A program made the position numbers and the translations under genes. A DNA stretch of 64,000 bases from a bacterium (GTDB lineage: Bacteria; Bdellovibrionota_C; UBA2361; CALJRW01). Shown piece after piece: positions 47,550 to 56,391 of this stretch (the first letter of the stretch is position 1; each line of letters starts with the position of its first letter). The stretch is taken from the NCBI GenBank assembly GCA_031385045.1, contig JANNBC010000025.1, positions 54,940 to 118,939 on the forward strand, given 5' to 3'. The notes beneath the pieces were generated by a model. It saw only the letters and a program-made list of their open reading frames with translations. It did no database searches and had not been told where the DNA came from.

Positions 47550-48345
47550 TTCCAAACTACAAGAGATTATTACTGCCAAATTAATTGAGATTCAGCAAAG
47601 TAAGCTCAGTTGTCCTTTAAATGAGTTACAAAAATCAACATTATTCTCTCGTCAGACAATTTCCTTAAAAGCTAAGGTAAGTCCGGAAAGACCTTTTATC
47701 ATTGCCGAATTTAAACGAAATAGTCCGGCAAAGGGTCCACTAAAACTGAATGCTAATATTTTAGAAGTTGTGAGAGGTTATCAAGAAGGAGGTGCAAGTG
47801 CGATTTCAATTCTAACTGAACAGAATTTTTTTTTAGGGAATCCAGATGATTTAATTCAAGCAAGAAAAATCACTAATCTGCCTTTATTACGGAAGGATTT
47901 CATTTTGGACTCATATCAAATTTTTGAAAGTAAAGCTTGGGGGGCTGATTTAATTTTATTGATTGCAGCTATTTTGAGCCCTGAGCAAATTATTGATTTT
48001 TCTAAGCTAGCTAAATCTTTAGGCTTAGAAGTGATTTTAGAGATACATGAACCGGAGGAACTTATTGGCCTAGATCTTAATGCCATAACTTTTTTAGGAA
48101 TCAATAATCGAAACCTGAATACTTTTGCGACAGATTACCAGCATTCTTTAACTATTTTAGATTCTTTACCAGTAGAGATCATTAAAATATCAGAATCTGG
48201 GATTAGCGATCCGCTGGTAGTTGCTAATTTATTTGCTAATTCCTATCAAGGTTTTTTGATTGGTGAATTTTTTATGAGACAGGAAGATTCCGGTTTAGCC
48301 TTGAAAAGGTTTAGTGCCGAGGTGTTGAAGTTAATTCCTAATTAG
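47539..48345 (+). CDS. trpC: indole-3-glycerol phosphate synthase
   Basis: IIAEFKRNSP, LRKDFI, GINNRNL, SESGI. Confidence 0.95.
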   Translation: MAINSKLQEIITAKLIEIQQSKLSCPLNELQKSTLFSRQTISLKAKVSPERPFIIAEFKRNSPAKGPLKLNANILEVVRGYQEGGASAISILTEQNFFLGNPDDLIQARKITNLPLLRKDFILDSYQIFESKAWGADLILLIAAILSPEQIIDFSKLAKSLGLEVILEIHEPEELIGLDLNAITFLGINNRNLNTFATDYQHSLTILDSLPVEIIKISESGISDPLVVANLFANSYQGFLIGEFFMRQEDSGLALKRFSAEVLKLIPN

Positions 48346-48517
48346 AAATTACCTGAAAATCAGCTTTTCTTAGACAAAGCCTAGCTGGAATAAGAAGTTT
48401 CTTAGTAAAATCTCCCAGTTTGTTTCTTACCTAAATTTTAGGCTACTTCATTGCTGAAATTGATAAATTTGACTATAAATCTAACTGCCTTAATCGTTTT
48501 TTGTAGTTTCTTATCCA

Positions 48518-51500
48518 ATGTCAGCAGATCATCATATTTTCCATGACCCAAGTGGTCGTCGTCACCGAATTGTCAAATTAATTTTATTAGTAATTTTTCT
48601 AGGACTGATTGCCTGTGCTTGGTATGCCCACCATCTTTTTCACCGCATACCAGTGTTGCCAATTGTTGGTCAATTGCAAGAAACGGATTATCAATTAGAG
48701 ACAGAGAAGATTAAAAAAATTAGCTCAGTTTTATTAAAAAAAGAGCGAACTGAATTAGCTAATGATATTAAGACTACAGAAACATTGGCAAAAACTTTTA
48801 AGAATGCCAGTTCTGATCAACGAGTTTGGTCTATCTATGAACCAGGGAATGAAAGTGCCTTTTTTTCCTTTCGCGAAAATTATGAAACAGTTAGCGATCT
48901 TATTTTACCAGTATTTAACCTAAGTCCTGATGCTGCTATCTTTGTTAGTCCGCCGATTAATAATATTGCCAAGGGGCAAGAGAAAGAAACTTTAGATTTA
49001 GCGAAAAATAAAGGGCTTCGCATTTATGGGCGTTTAACAAACGACTCGATTGAAGGTTACATTGCGGATCCTGTCATTAATCTTATTGCCTCTCCTGAAA
49101 AACAAATCCAAATAATTGAGCAGTTGGTGCTTACAACAAAGCAACAAGGCTTAGCGGGATTAGTTGTAGATTTTAGAGAGCTTGATAAGGAATTGTATTT
49201 TCAATTACAACCTTTTTTTATGTCCTTAAGAAAAGCTTGGGGGGATGCAGGGCTTAGTGGACTACTAGGCATTAGTTATCAGGCAGATGTTGATCAGTTG
49301 CCACTTTGGAAGTTTGGACAGATTTTTGACGTGGTGCTGATGCATGCTTTTGGCGAGAGAGCTCCGAATAAGACTCCTGGTCCAGTTGCTTCGGCTTCTT
49401 GGTTTAACGACTCTTTACAGTTTGCTTTAAACAATATTCCAGCAAGCAAGCTTGTGGTGATGTTTGATAATTCCGCATTTGATTGGAATTCGGCAACTCC
49501 TAGAGCAAAAGCACGGACATACTTATCGGTAATTCTACAGGCTAAGGAAATTGGTGAAAGCAATAAGCCTTATACCAATAATTCTATTTCACTGGATCCT
49601 AAGTCATTTAATAACAATTATGGATACAGAGATGAACAAGGTGGAGAACACCAGGTTTGGTTTGCTGATGCCATTAATTCTTTTAATCAATACTCGATTG
49701 CTCACCGAGCTGGAATCAAACAAGTCGGTATCTGGTCTCTGGGAACAGAAGATCCAGGAGTTTGGACTTTTGTAACAAAGAATCCAGAAAATCCCGAGAC
49801 AAGAACAGGGTTAAGAACAATTGTTTTTCCATATGATATTCAATTTGAGGGTAGAGGAGATTTATTAACCCCTCAAGCCGAGCCTAACTCAGGAGAACGA
49901 AGTATCGAATATGATCCGCAAACTGAGATGATTGTAGCCAGCTCCTATTTGAAATATCCATCTGCTGTTGTTGTGGAACATCGTGGTTATCGACCAAAAA
50001 CTTTGGCATTAACTTTTGATGATGCCCCAAGCGATTTTACAAATGAGTTACTTGATGTGCTGGCAGCTGAAAAAGTTAAAGCAACTTTTTTTGTAATTGG
50101 TGAACAGGTTCAAGAACATCCTGAAATTCTTCGAAGGATTTATAAAGAAGGGCATGATCTTGGTAACCATACCTTTACTCATCCGGAACTAGCATTAGTC
50201 TCTGAACAAAGAGAGATTTTAGAACTAAATAGTACTCAGCGTTTGGTGCAAAGTGTTTTGGGTAAGTCCTTGGTACTATTTAGACCACCCTATATTAGCG
50301 AAGGATCGCCATTTTCTCTAGATGAAGTTAGAGTTATAAAAACGGCATCGAAGTTAAACTATCTGACTGTTGGTGTCTCAGCTGACATTCAGGATTGGGA
50401 TTTATACAAGACTGATTTAGATGGTAATGAAGTTTTGCGGACAGGACAAGACTTAGTTGATGATTTGCTCGCCAAATTAAATAGCATTCAAGGGAATGTT
50501 ATTTTACTTCATGATGGATTAGAGGATCGAGAAGCAACTGTGGAAGCAGTGAGAATTTTAATACCGGAACTTCGTGCTCGGGGATATGATCTTGTCAGTA
50601 TCTCAGAGTTATTAGGTGTTGACCGAGCAGAGCTACTTCCAACTGTTAGTAAGAGTGAGTTAATCCTGGGAGGACTAAGTAGAGCATATATCGAGGTAGT
50701 ATATTTTATCCGAACTTCTTTGGAGGTTATCTTTATTCTAGTTGCTGTTTTTGGAGTCTTACGTTTAACTAGTTTTATTATTCTCTCCAAACTTTCAATG
50801 CGTCGGGAGAAGCCTTATCTTCCCGTGCAAGAGACTTTTAAAGATCCAGTTTCCATTATCATTGCCGCCTATAATGAGGAGAAGGTGATCATTCGAACCA
50901 TTAAAAGTTTATTGGCATCTAATTATCCGGAGTTTGAAATTATTGTAGTTGATGATGGATCTAAAGATCAAACTAGTGAATTAGTTCGACAAGAATTTTC
51001 TAATGAACCGAAAGTTAAATTAATTACTAAAGAAAATGGTGGTAAGTCTAGTGCGCTAAACGTGGGCTTAGAGATTGCTAAATATGAAATTATGATTGGC
51101 CTGGACGCTGATACTCAGTATTCGCCTGATGCAATTGGGGCAATGGCTAGACATTTTGCTGATCCAATAGTTGGCGCTGTTGCTGGAAATGTAAAAGTAG
51201 GCAATCGGGATAGTTGGTTACTTCAGTGTCAGTCAATTGAATATATTACTAATCAAAATTTTGGTCGTCGAGCCTTTTCTTATGCTGATGCCATTACGAT
51301 CGTTCCTGGAGCAGCGGGTGCCTGGCGTAAAAAAGCTGTGATGGAAGTTGGTATGTATAAATCTGATACTCTGGGAGAGGATATGGAGCTTACTTGGAGA
51401 ATTCGAAAAGCAGGATATCGAATTGTCTTTGAACCATCAGCCTATGGTTATACTGAAGCGCCACATACCTTAGATGGTGTTTTCAAACAAAGATTTCGCT

Positions 51501-51982
51501 GGATTTATGGGCAACTACAAATTTTAGTAAAACACCGGGATGTTTTCTTTAATTCCGATCATCGTTGGTTTGGTTGGTTTGGTGCACCATTAATCTTGGT
51601 TGATGATATCTTTCTATTTCTTTCCCCACTGGCTGACTTGCAGGCCTTGATAGCTTTAGGAACTTTCTTAGTTTTCTTAACAAATAGTTCCGAAATGAGC
51701 ATGGAGGCAGTGACGGCAGCCGCTCCTTGGGCCTTGTTTTTAAAAACAATGGTAGTTTATTTAATTTTCTTTGGAACAGAAGTACTTTGTACAGTCTATG
51801 CTTTTAAAATTGATAAAGAACCATTACGACCAATTTGGTTATTATTCTTAAAACAATTCTTTTATCGTCAATTGATGTATATCGTAACCTATAAAGCCAT
51901 TTGGCGGGCATTGACTGGCTGGAGACAACGTTGGGGAGTGTTACAAAGGACAGGTACTGTTGGTGCTGACGTAAAAGATTAA
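48518..51982 (+). CDS. GH18-like / CE4 polysaccharide deacetylase / processive GT2 fusion (PgaC/IcaA-like)
   Basis: GH18-like barrel region; TFDD, HTFTH, FRPPY, LLHD; DDGSKD, DAD, ED, QRFRW. Confidence 0.9.
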   Translation: MSADHHIFHDPSGRRHRIVKLILLVIFLGLIACAWYAHHLFHRIPVLPIVGQLQETDYQLETEKIKKISSVLLKKERTELANDIKTTETLAKTFKNASSDQRVWSIYEPGNESAFFSFRENYETVSDLILPVFNLSPDAAIFVSPPINNIAKGQEKETLDLAKNKGLRIYGRLTNDSIEGYIADPVINLIASPEKQIQIIEQLVLTTKQQGLAGLVVDFRELDKELYFQLQPFFMSLRKAWGDAGLSGLLGISYQADVDQLPLWKFGQIFDVVLMHAFGERAPNKTPGPVASASWFNDSLQFALNNIPASKLVVMFDNSAFDWNSATPRAKARTYLSVILQAKEIGESNKPYTNNSISLDPKSFNNNYGYRDEQGGEHQVWFADAINSFNQYSIAHRAGIKQVGIWSLGTEDPGVWTFVTKNPENPETRTGLRTIVFPYDIQFEGRGDLLTPQAEPNSGERSIEYDPQTEMIVASSYLKYPSAVVVEHRGYRPKTLALTFDDAPSDFTNELLDVLAAEKVKATFFVIGEQVQEHPEILRRIYKEGHDLGNHTFTHPELALVSEQREILELNSTQRLVQSVLGKSLVLFRPPYISEGSPFSLDEVRVIKTASKLNYLTVGVSADIQDWDLYKTDLDGNEVLRTGQDLVDDLLAKLNSIQGNVILLHDGLEDREATVEAVRILIPELRARGYDLVSISELLGVDRAELLPTVSKSELILGGLSRAYIEVVYFIRTSLEVIFILVAVFGVLRLTSFIILSKLSMRREKPYLPVQETFKDPVSIIIAAYNEEKVIIRTIKSLLASNYPEFEIIVVDDGSKDQTSELVRQEFSNEPKVKLITKENGGKSSALNVGLEIAKYEIMIGLDADTQYSPDAIGAMARHFADPIVGAVAGNVKVGNRDSWLLQCQSIEYITNQNFGRRAFSYADAITIVPGAAGAWRKKAVMEVGMYKSDTLGEDMELTWRIRKAGYRIVFEPSAYGYTEAPHTLDGVFKQRFRWIYGQLQILVKHRDVFFNSDHRWFGWFGAPLILVDDIFLFLSPLADLQALIALGTFLVFLTNSSEMSMEAVTAAAPWALFLKTMVVYLIFFGTEVLCTVYAFKIDKEPLRPIWLLFLKQFFYRQLMYIVTYKAIWRALTGWRQRWGVLQRTGTVGADVKD

Positions 51983-52035
51983 TCTAAAATTAGACTATAG
52001 TTTTTTTTTAGGTCGTTAGGTATAAATTAATTAAC

Positions 52036-52180
52036 AGTAAGTCCAAAAAGTAATTTCCGTTAGGAATTACTTTTTGGGTCTTACTATCCCCCGGAGGGAT
52101 AATAAAATCATATAGTTATGACAAAAATCACTAAACTAACTTTTCATTATTTGGAAATTACTTTTTGTCATAACTATATA
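52036..52180. mobile_element. composite MITE-like palindromic cluster upstream of kup
   Basis: Hairpin 52037-52085, perfect IR tatagttatgacaaaaa/tttttgtcataactata (52111-52178), and a 21-mer identical to 44026-44046. Confidence 0.55.
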
Positions 52181-52204
52181 AGGTCTTAAGTAGAATCGTA
52201 TCGT

Positions 52205-54142
52205 ATGAAAAATGGACATAGTTTAACCGCAGGTGGGTTGTTAGTAGCCCTTGGAATCGTTTATGGTGATATTGGAACATCTCCCCTTTATGTACTTAAA
52301 GCGATTGTTGGTGATCAAATTATTACTGCAGACTTAGCACTGGGGAGCTTCTCGGCCATTTTTTGGACGATTACACTTCTAACAACAATTAAATATATTT
52401 GGTTAGCACTTCAAGCAGATAATCGTGGGGAGGGAGGGATCTTTGCCTTATTCACATTAGTTCGTAATTCTAGGTCTTGGCTAATTTTTCCAGCGATGAT
52501 TGGTGGCGCAGCTTTATTAGCAGATGGAATAATTACACCTTGTATCTCTGTCTCCTCAGCCATTGAAGGATTGCGTAATATAAGGCCTGATATTCCAACA
52601 ATTCCACTAGTACTTTTGATTATAACTGTTTTATTTTCGGTACAACAACTTGGAACTAAAGTCGTTGGTCGTTCCTTTGGGCCATTAATCTTGGTTTGGT
52701 TTTCTATGTTAGGAGTGTTAGGAGTCTTTGGCTTATTAAATCATCCTGAAGTTTTAAAAGGCTTGAATCCTTGGTACGCGATTAATTTCTTAGTGAACTC
52801 TCCGGGGGGATTTTGGATCTTGGGAGCTGTCTTTCTCTGTACCACTGGAGCAGAAGCACTTTACTCTGACCTAGGTCATTGTGGTAAGTCTAACATTCGG
52901 ATTAGTTGGGGATTAGTTAAAACTTGTTTACTATTAAACTATGCTGGTCAAACAGCGTGGTTAATGAATTTTGAAGGTTCTACAATCTCAGGTAAAAATC
53001 CTTTTTTTGAATTAATGCCAAGTTGGTTTTTGCCGTTTGGGATTATGATTGCAACGGTCGCTGCAATCATTGCCAGCCAAGCATTAATCTCAGGAACATT
53101 CACATTAATTACGGAAGCAATGCGTCTGAATCTTTTTCCAAAGGTTCGCGTTATTTTTCCAACAGAACTTCGAGGGCAAATCTATGTTCCAATGGTTAAC
53201 TGGGCGATGTGGATTGGCTGTCTTATAATTGTCTTATATTTTAAAGAGTCAGCCAATATGGAAGCCGCCTATGGCTTATCAATTAACATTAACATGTTAA
53301 TGACAACTATTTTATTAACTTTCTATCTTCAGAAAAAGTCTTTTAATTCGATTGCGATTAAAGTTTTCTTTTTTTCGTACATCTTTATTGAATCTTGTTT
53401 TTTAATTGCCAATCTTGAGAAGTTTTTGCATGGAGGCTGGGTCTCGATGGGCATAAGTCTCAGCTTGTTTTCAGTGATGTGGATCTGGCTTAATGGGTTT
53501 AAAATTAAAAAGCGCTATACTGAATATGAAGAATTTAAGAAGCATTTACCAACTCTTAAAGAGTTAGCTGTTGATGATACCGTGCCGAAATTCGCCACTC
53601 ACTTAGTTTATTTGACTGAAGCACACAGTCCCTTAAAAATTGAAAAGAAGGTAATTTATTCTTTGTTTCAGAGACGTCCAAAGCGAGCTGATACTTATTG
53701 GTTCTTACATGTTGAGGTTGTTGATGAGCCTTACGCTCGAGAATATCAAGTCGAGACTTTGATTCCAGGAGTTGCTTTTCGAATTGATTATAAATTAGGT
53801 TTTCGTGTGGAGCCTAGAATGAATCGACTTTTTAGGCACGTGATTCAAGAAATGTCTGAAAGTAAGGAAGTCGAAATAGTTAGTCGCTATGAATCACTTA
53901 GAAAACATAATATTCCAGGGGACTTTCGCTTTGTGGTGCTTCGTAAGTTCTTATCGGCAGATAATGAACTAAGCACTTATGAAAAAATTTTGATGCGAGC
54001 CTATTTTTATTTTAAACGAATACTAGGCATTAAAGAATCTACTGGATTTGGCTTAGATACAAGTTCGGTTACAGTGGAAACATATCCACTGGTACTGTCG
54101 CAATTAACAAATGTTAAAATGCAAAGGACTGAAGCTAAATAA
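52205..54142 (+). CDS. kup: KUP/HAK/KT potassium transporter
   Basis: GIVYGDIGTSPLY, ADNRGEGG, GAEALYSDLGH, IASQALISG, GQIYVP. Confidence 0.95.
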   Translation: MKNGHSLTAGGLLVALGIVYGDIGTSPLYVLKAIVGDQIITADLALGSFSAIFWTITLLTTIKYIWLALQADNRGEGGIFALFTLVRNSRSWLIFPAMIGGAALLADGIITPCISVSSAIEGLRNIRPDIPTIPLVLLIITVLFSVQQLGTKVVGRSFGPLILVWFSMLGVLGVFGLLNHPEVLKGLNPWYAINFLVNSPGGFWILGAVFLCTTGAEALYSDLGHCGKSNIRISWGLVKTCLLLNYAGQTAWLMNFEGSTISGKNPFFELMPSWFLPFGIMIATVAAIIASQALISGTFTLITEAMRLNLFPKVRVIFPTELRGQIYVPMVNWAMWIGCLIIVLYFKESANMEAAYGLSININMLMTTILLTFYLQKKSFNSIAIKVFFFSYIFIESCFLIANLEKFLHGGWVSMGISLSLFSVMWIWLNGFKIKKRYTEYEEFKKHLPTLKELAVDDTVPKFATHLVYLTEAHSPLKIEKKVIYSLFQRRPKRADTYWFLHVEVVDEPYAREYQVETLIPGVAFRIDYKLGFRVEPRMNRLFRHVIQEMSESKEVEIVSRYESLRKHNIPGDFRFVVLRKFLSADNELSTYEKILMRAYFYFKRILGIKESTGFGLDTSSVTVETYPLVLSQLTNVKMQRTEAK

Positions 54143-54156
54143 AATTAGGGATGATT

Positions 54157-55218
54157 TCAGTAGTCACCAGACTGGTTCGGTTGATAGCAAATTCCCATTT
54201 TTAGGATTTTCTCGATTAATTGTGAATAGCTGATTCCAATATGTTTTGCGGACTCCGGGAATTCTTCACCAAGACAAAGGTTGGGGTTGGGATTTGCTTC
54301 TAATAGATAAAGCCGATTATCTTTAGTTAGTCGAAAATCAATTCGAGCATAGCCACTTAAATTTAAGATCTTATAAATACTTCGGGCAGTTTTAGAGATT
54401 TTGCGTTCCAGCTCGGGGGATAGATTCTTTGCTCGTTCAGATTTAATTCCAAGTTTGTGTTGGTAATTGTTATTCCACTTTGCTTTATCAGTGGCGATAT
54501 TAGCCGTTCCTTCGGGAAGGTTTTCAAAAGATAGTTCCCAAATTGGTAGTGATTGTAAAGTTTTATGTCCCATAATACTGACATAAAGCTCTCGCCCTTC
54601 AATATATTGCTCAACAATTACATGAGTATGATGACGTTTATGCATGAAGTCTACACGCTGAGTTAACTTTTCTAAATCATATACCAGTGAGGCTTGAGAT
54701 AAGCCAACAGATCCTTCTTCCACCAAAGATTTAACAATCATCGGAAATTGAAATTTGGCATTTTTAGGAACATGGTGACCAATTAAGTAGACTTTAAATT
54801 CTGGGACACTAATATGGTGAAAGGAAAGAATTTTTTTAGATAGTGCTTTGTCATGAGCAATTGTTAGTCCACGAGGATTACAACCAGTATAGGATTGTTT
54901 TATAAGTTCTAGGTAACTAACCACATGTTGGTCGAACAAAGGATTACCACTGAACTCTTCTAACAGATTGAAGGCAATGTGAGGTTTAAATTCAGTAACA
55001 GCATCTCGAATTACTTTTAAATCTGATTCAACTGGAATAATACGAACCTGATGACCAATTTTTTTTAGAGTACTGATGACATCATATTCAGTTTTGTAGG
55101 GAAGAACCTCCTGTTCTGATAGGCCTTTAATTGTATCAGGTGGTACAAGTCGGCTATCTATTAACACAATGACCCGCAGGGGGCGCTTAGTCTTAAAGTG
55201 CGAACTTGTAGATGGCAT
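54157..55218 (-). CDS. D-Ala-D-Ala ligase-like ATP-grasp peptide ligase (not canonical Ddl)
   Basis: DKALSK, IVKSLVEEGSVG, EQYIEGRE, YARIDFR, LEANPNP. Confidence 0.85.
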   Translation of the reverse strand: MPSTSSHFKTKRPLRVIVLIDSRLVPPDTIKGLSEQEVLPYKTEYDVISTLKKIGHQVRIIPVESDLKVIRDAVTEFKPHIAFNLLEEFSGNPLFDQHVVSYLELIKQSYTGCNPRGLTIAHDKALSKKILSFHHISVPEFKVYLIGHHVPKNAKFQFPMIVKSLVEEGSVGLSQASLVYDLEKLTQRVDFMHKRHHTHVIVEQYIEGRELYVSIMGHKTLQSLPIWELSFENLPEGTANIATDKAKWNNNYQHKLGIKSERAKNLSPELERKISKTARSIYKILNLSGYARIDFRLTKDNRLYLLEANPNPNLCLGEEFPESAKHIGISYSQLIEKILKMGICYQPNQSGDY

Positions 55219-56209
55219 GATGAATCACGTTCATTGTTTGCACGGCAATCATTAGGGTTAGTTCACGTTTTGATTTAGGCTTAGACTTCCAGCGGCGAAG
55301 TTTTAAAGATTGAGCACGCTCAATTACTTCCTGTAGGATTTGATCTACGCTGTAAGAGGGGGCACCTGTCCAACCTGCAACCATTTCGCGAACCTCTACC
55401 CGATACTGCCGAATAAATTGAGCGGCCGGCTGTTCTTGCACATATTTAGAATGATCAGAAAAAATTTTCCGAAGATCTAGATCGTAATAACCAGACTGCT
55501 CCGTGCTATAAAGCTCTTTTTTGTTTTGAAAATACTTATCTAGAGTATAGTTTAGTTTGCTATGGGCTTCTATAGTCTTTTTACTAGTGATTATTTGCTT
55601 GGTATCTTTTAATTCTGACATTAAATCATCAATATATTCCAGCTTTTTTAATGCTGGCCAGCCCTGATAAATCTGACGCCAGTTAGATTTTGGATTAAGC
55701 CAAACTGCAAAAGTTTCGGCAAAGTCTTCCGCGGGATGAGCCTGGGCGTACCAAGAATCTAAGTGTAAGACATATTTACGGCTGTTTGGTCTTGGTTGAT
55801 AAGTAGTTGGGTAGGGTGCTGTGTAAGATCCAAAGATTTCACGCCATTTTTTTCGTTTATGAAGTCGGAAAGCATTATCGATGGCATGAGCGGCTTCATG
55901 TCTTAGAATCTTAAGACAATCACGCTTAGCCTCTCCCTCAGCTTGCATCATGATCTTTTTCTCAAGCTTAAGTAATTTGGGGTGAGCTAGATATAAGGGG
56001 ATCGCAAAGCCCGGAATGCCATCAGGACAAAACCACTCAGTTGAGAACCAAACGTGAGGTTTAAAATTTAGTTCTTTGTTTTCTAGTTCGGAGTATAATT
56101 GTTTAACTAGGGGATAGACTGCAGATTTTTCAATAGCTATGTTTAATGCAGATATCTTAGTTTGCAATAATTCAGTTTGAGAAAGTAGGGAAAGATTTTT
56201 TATAGTCAT
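55193..56209 (-). CDS. putative zinc-binding metallopeptidase
   Basis: LRHEAAHA and YAQAHPAEDFAETF. ATG at 56209 preferred over the TTG at 56245. Confidence 0.85.
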   Translation of the reverse strand: MTIKNLSLLSQTELLQTKISALNIAIEKSAVYPLVKQLYSELENKELNFKPHVWFSTEWFCPDGIPGFAIPLYLAHPKLLKLEKKIMMQAEGEAKRDCLKILRHEAAHAIDNAFRLHKRKKWREIFGSYTAPYPTTYQPRPNSRKYVLHLDSWYAQAHPAEDFAETFAVWLNPKSNWRQIYQGWPALKKLEYIDDLMSELKDTKQIITSKKTIEAHSKLNYTLDKYFQNKKELYSTEQSGYYDLDLRKIFSDHSKYVQEQPAAQFIRQYRVEVREMVAGWTGAPSYSVDQILQEVIERAQSLKLRRWKSKPKSKRELTLMIAVQTMNVIHHAIYKFAL

Positions 56210-56391
56210 GGAGAAAGATAAACGAAGAAACCAAAGCGAGAACAAATAGCTAGGAAATTAGATTTAGTTTCCTATTCTACTAGAGCAAGATCATATTCGG
56301 CAAGTTTAGGTGAAAGTTTAGTTGTGCTCGTACTATTTTGCCCTAATTTATAGCTTTAAAACCATTGATAAAATGATAAATAACAAATAAA

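Noticed and set aside
54157..55218. Calling this gene ddl
   Set aside because: It lacks the Ddl N-terminal substrate motifs and a cell-wall gene context.
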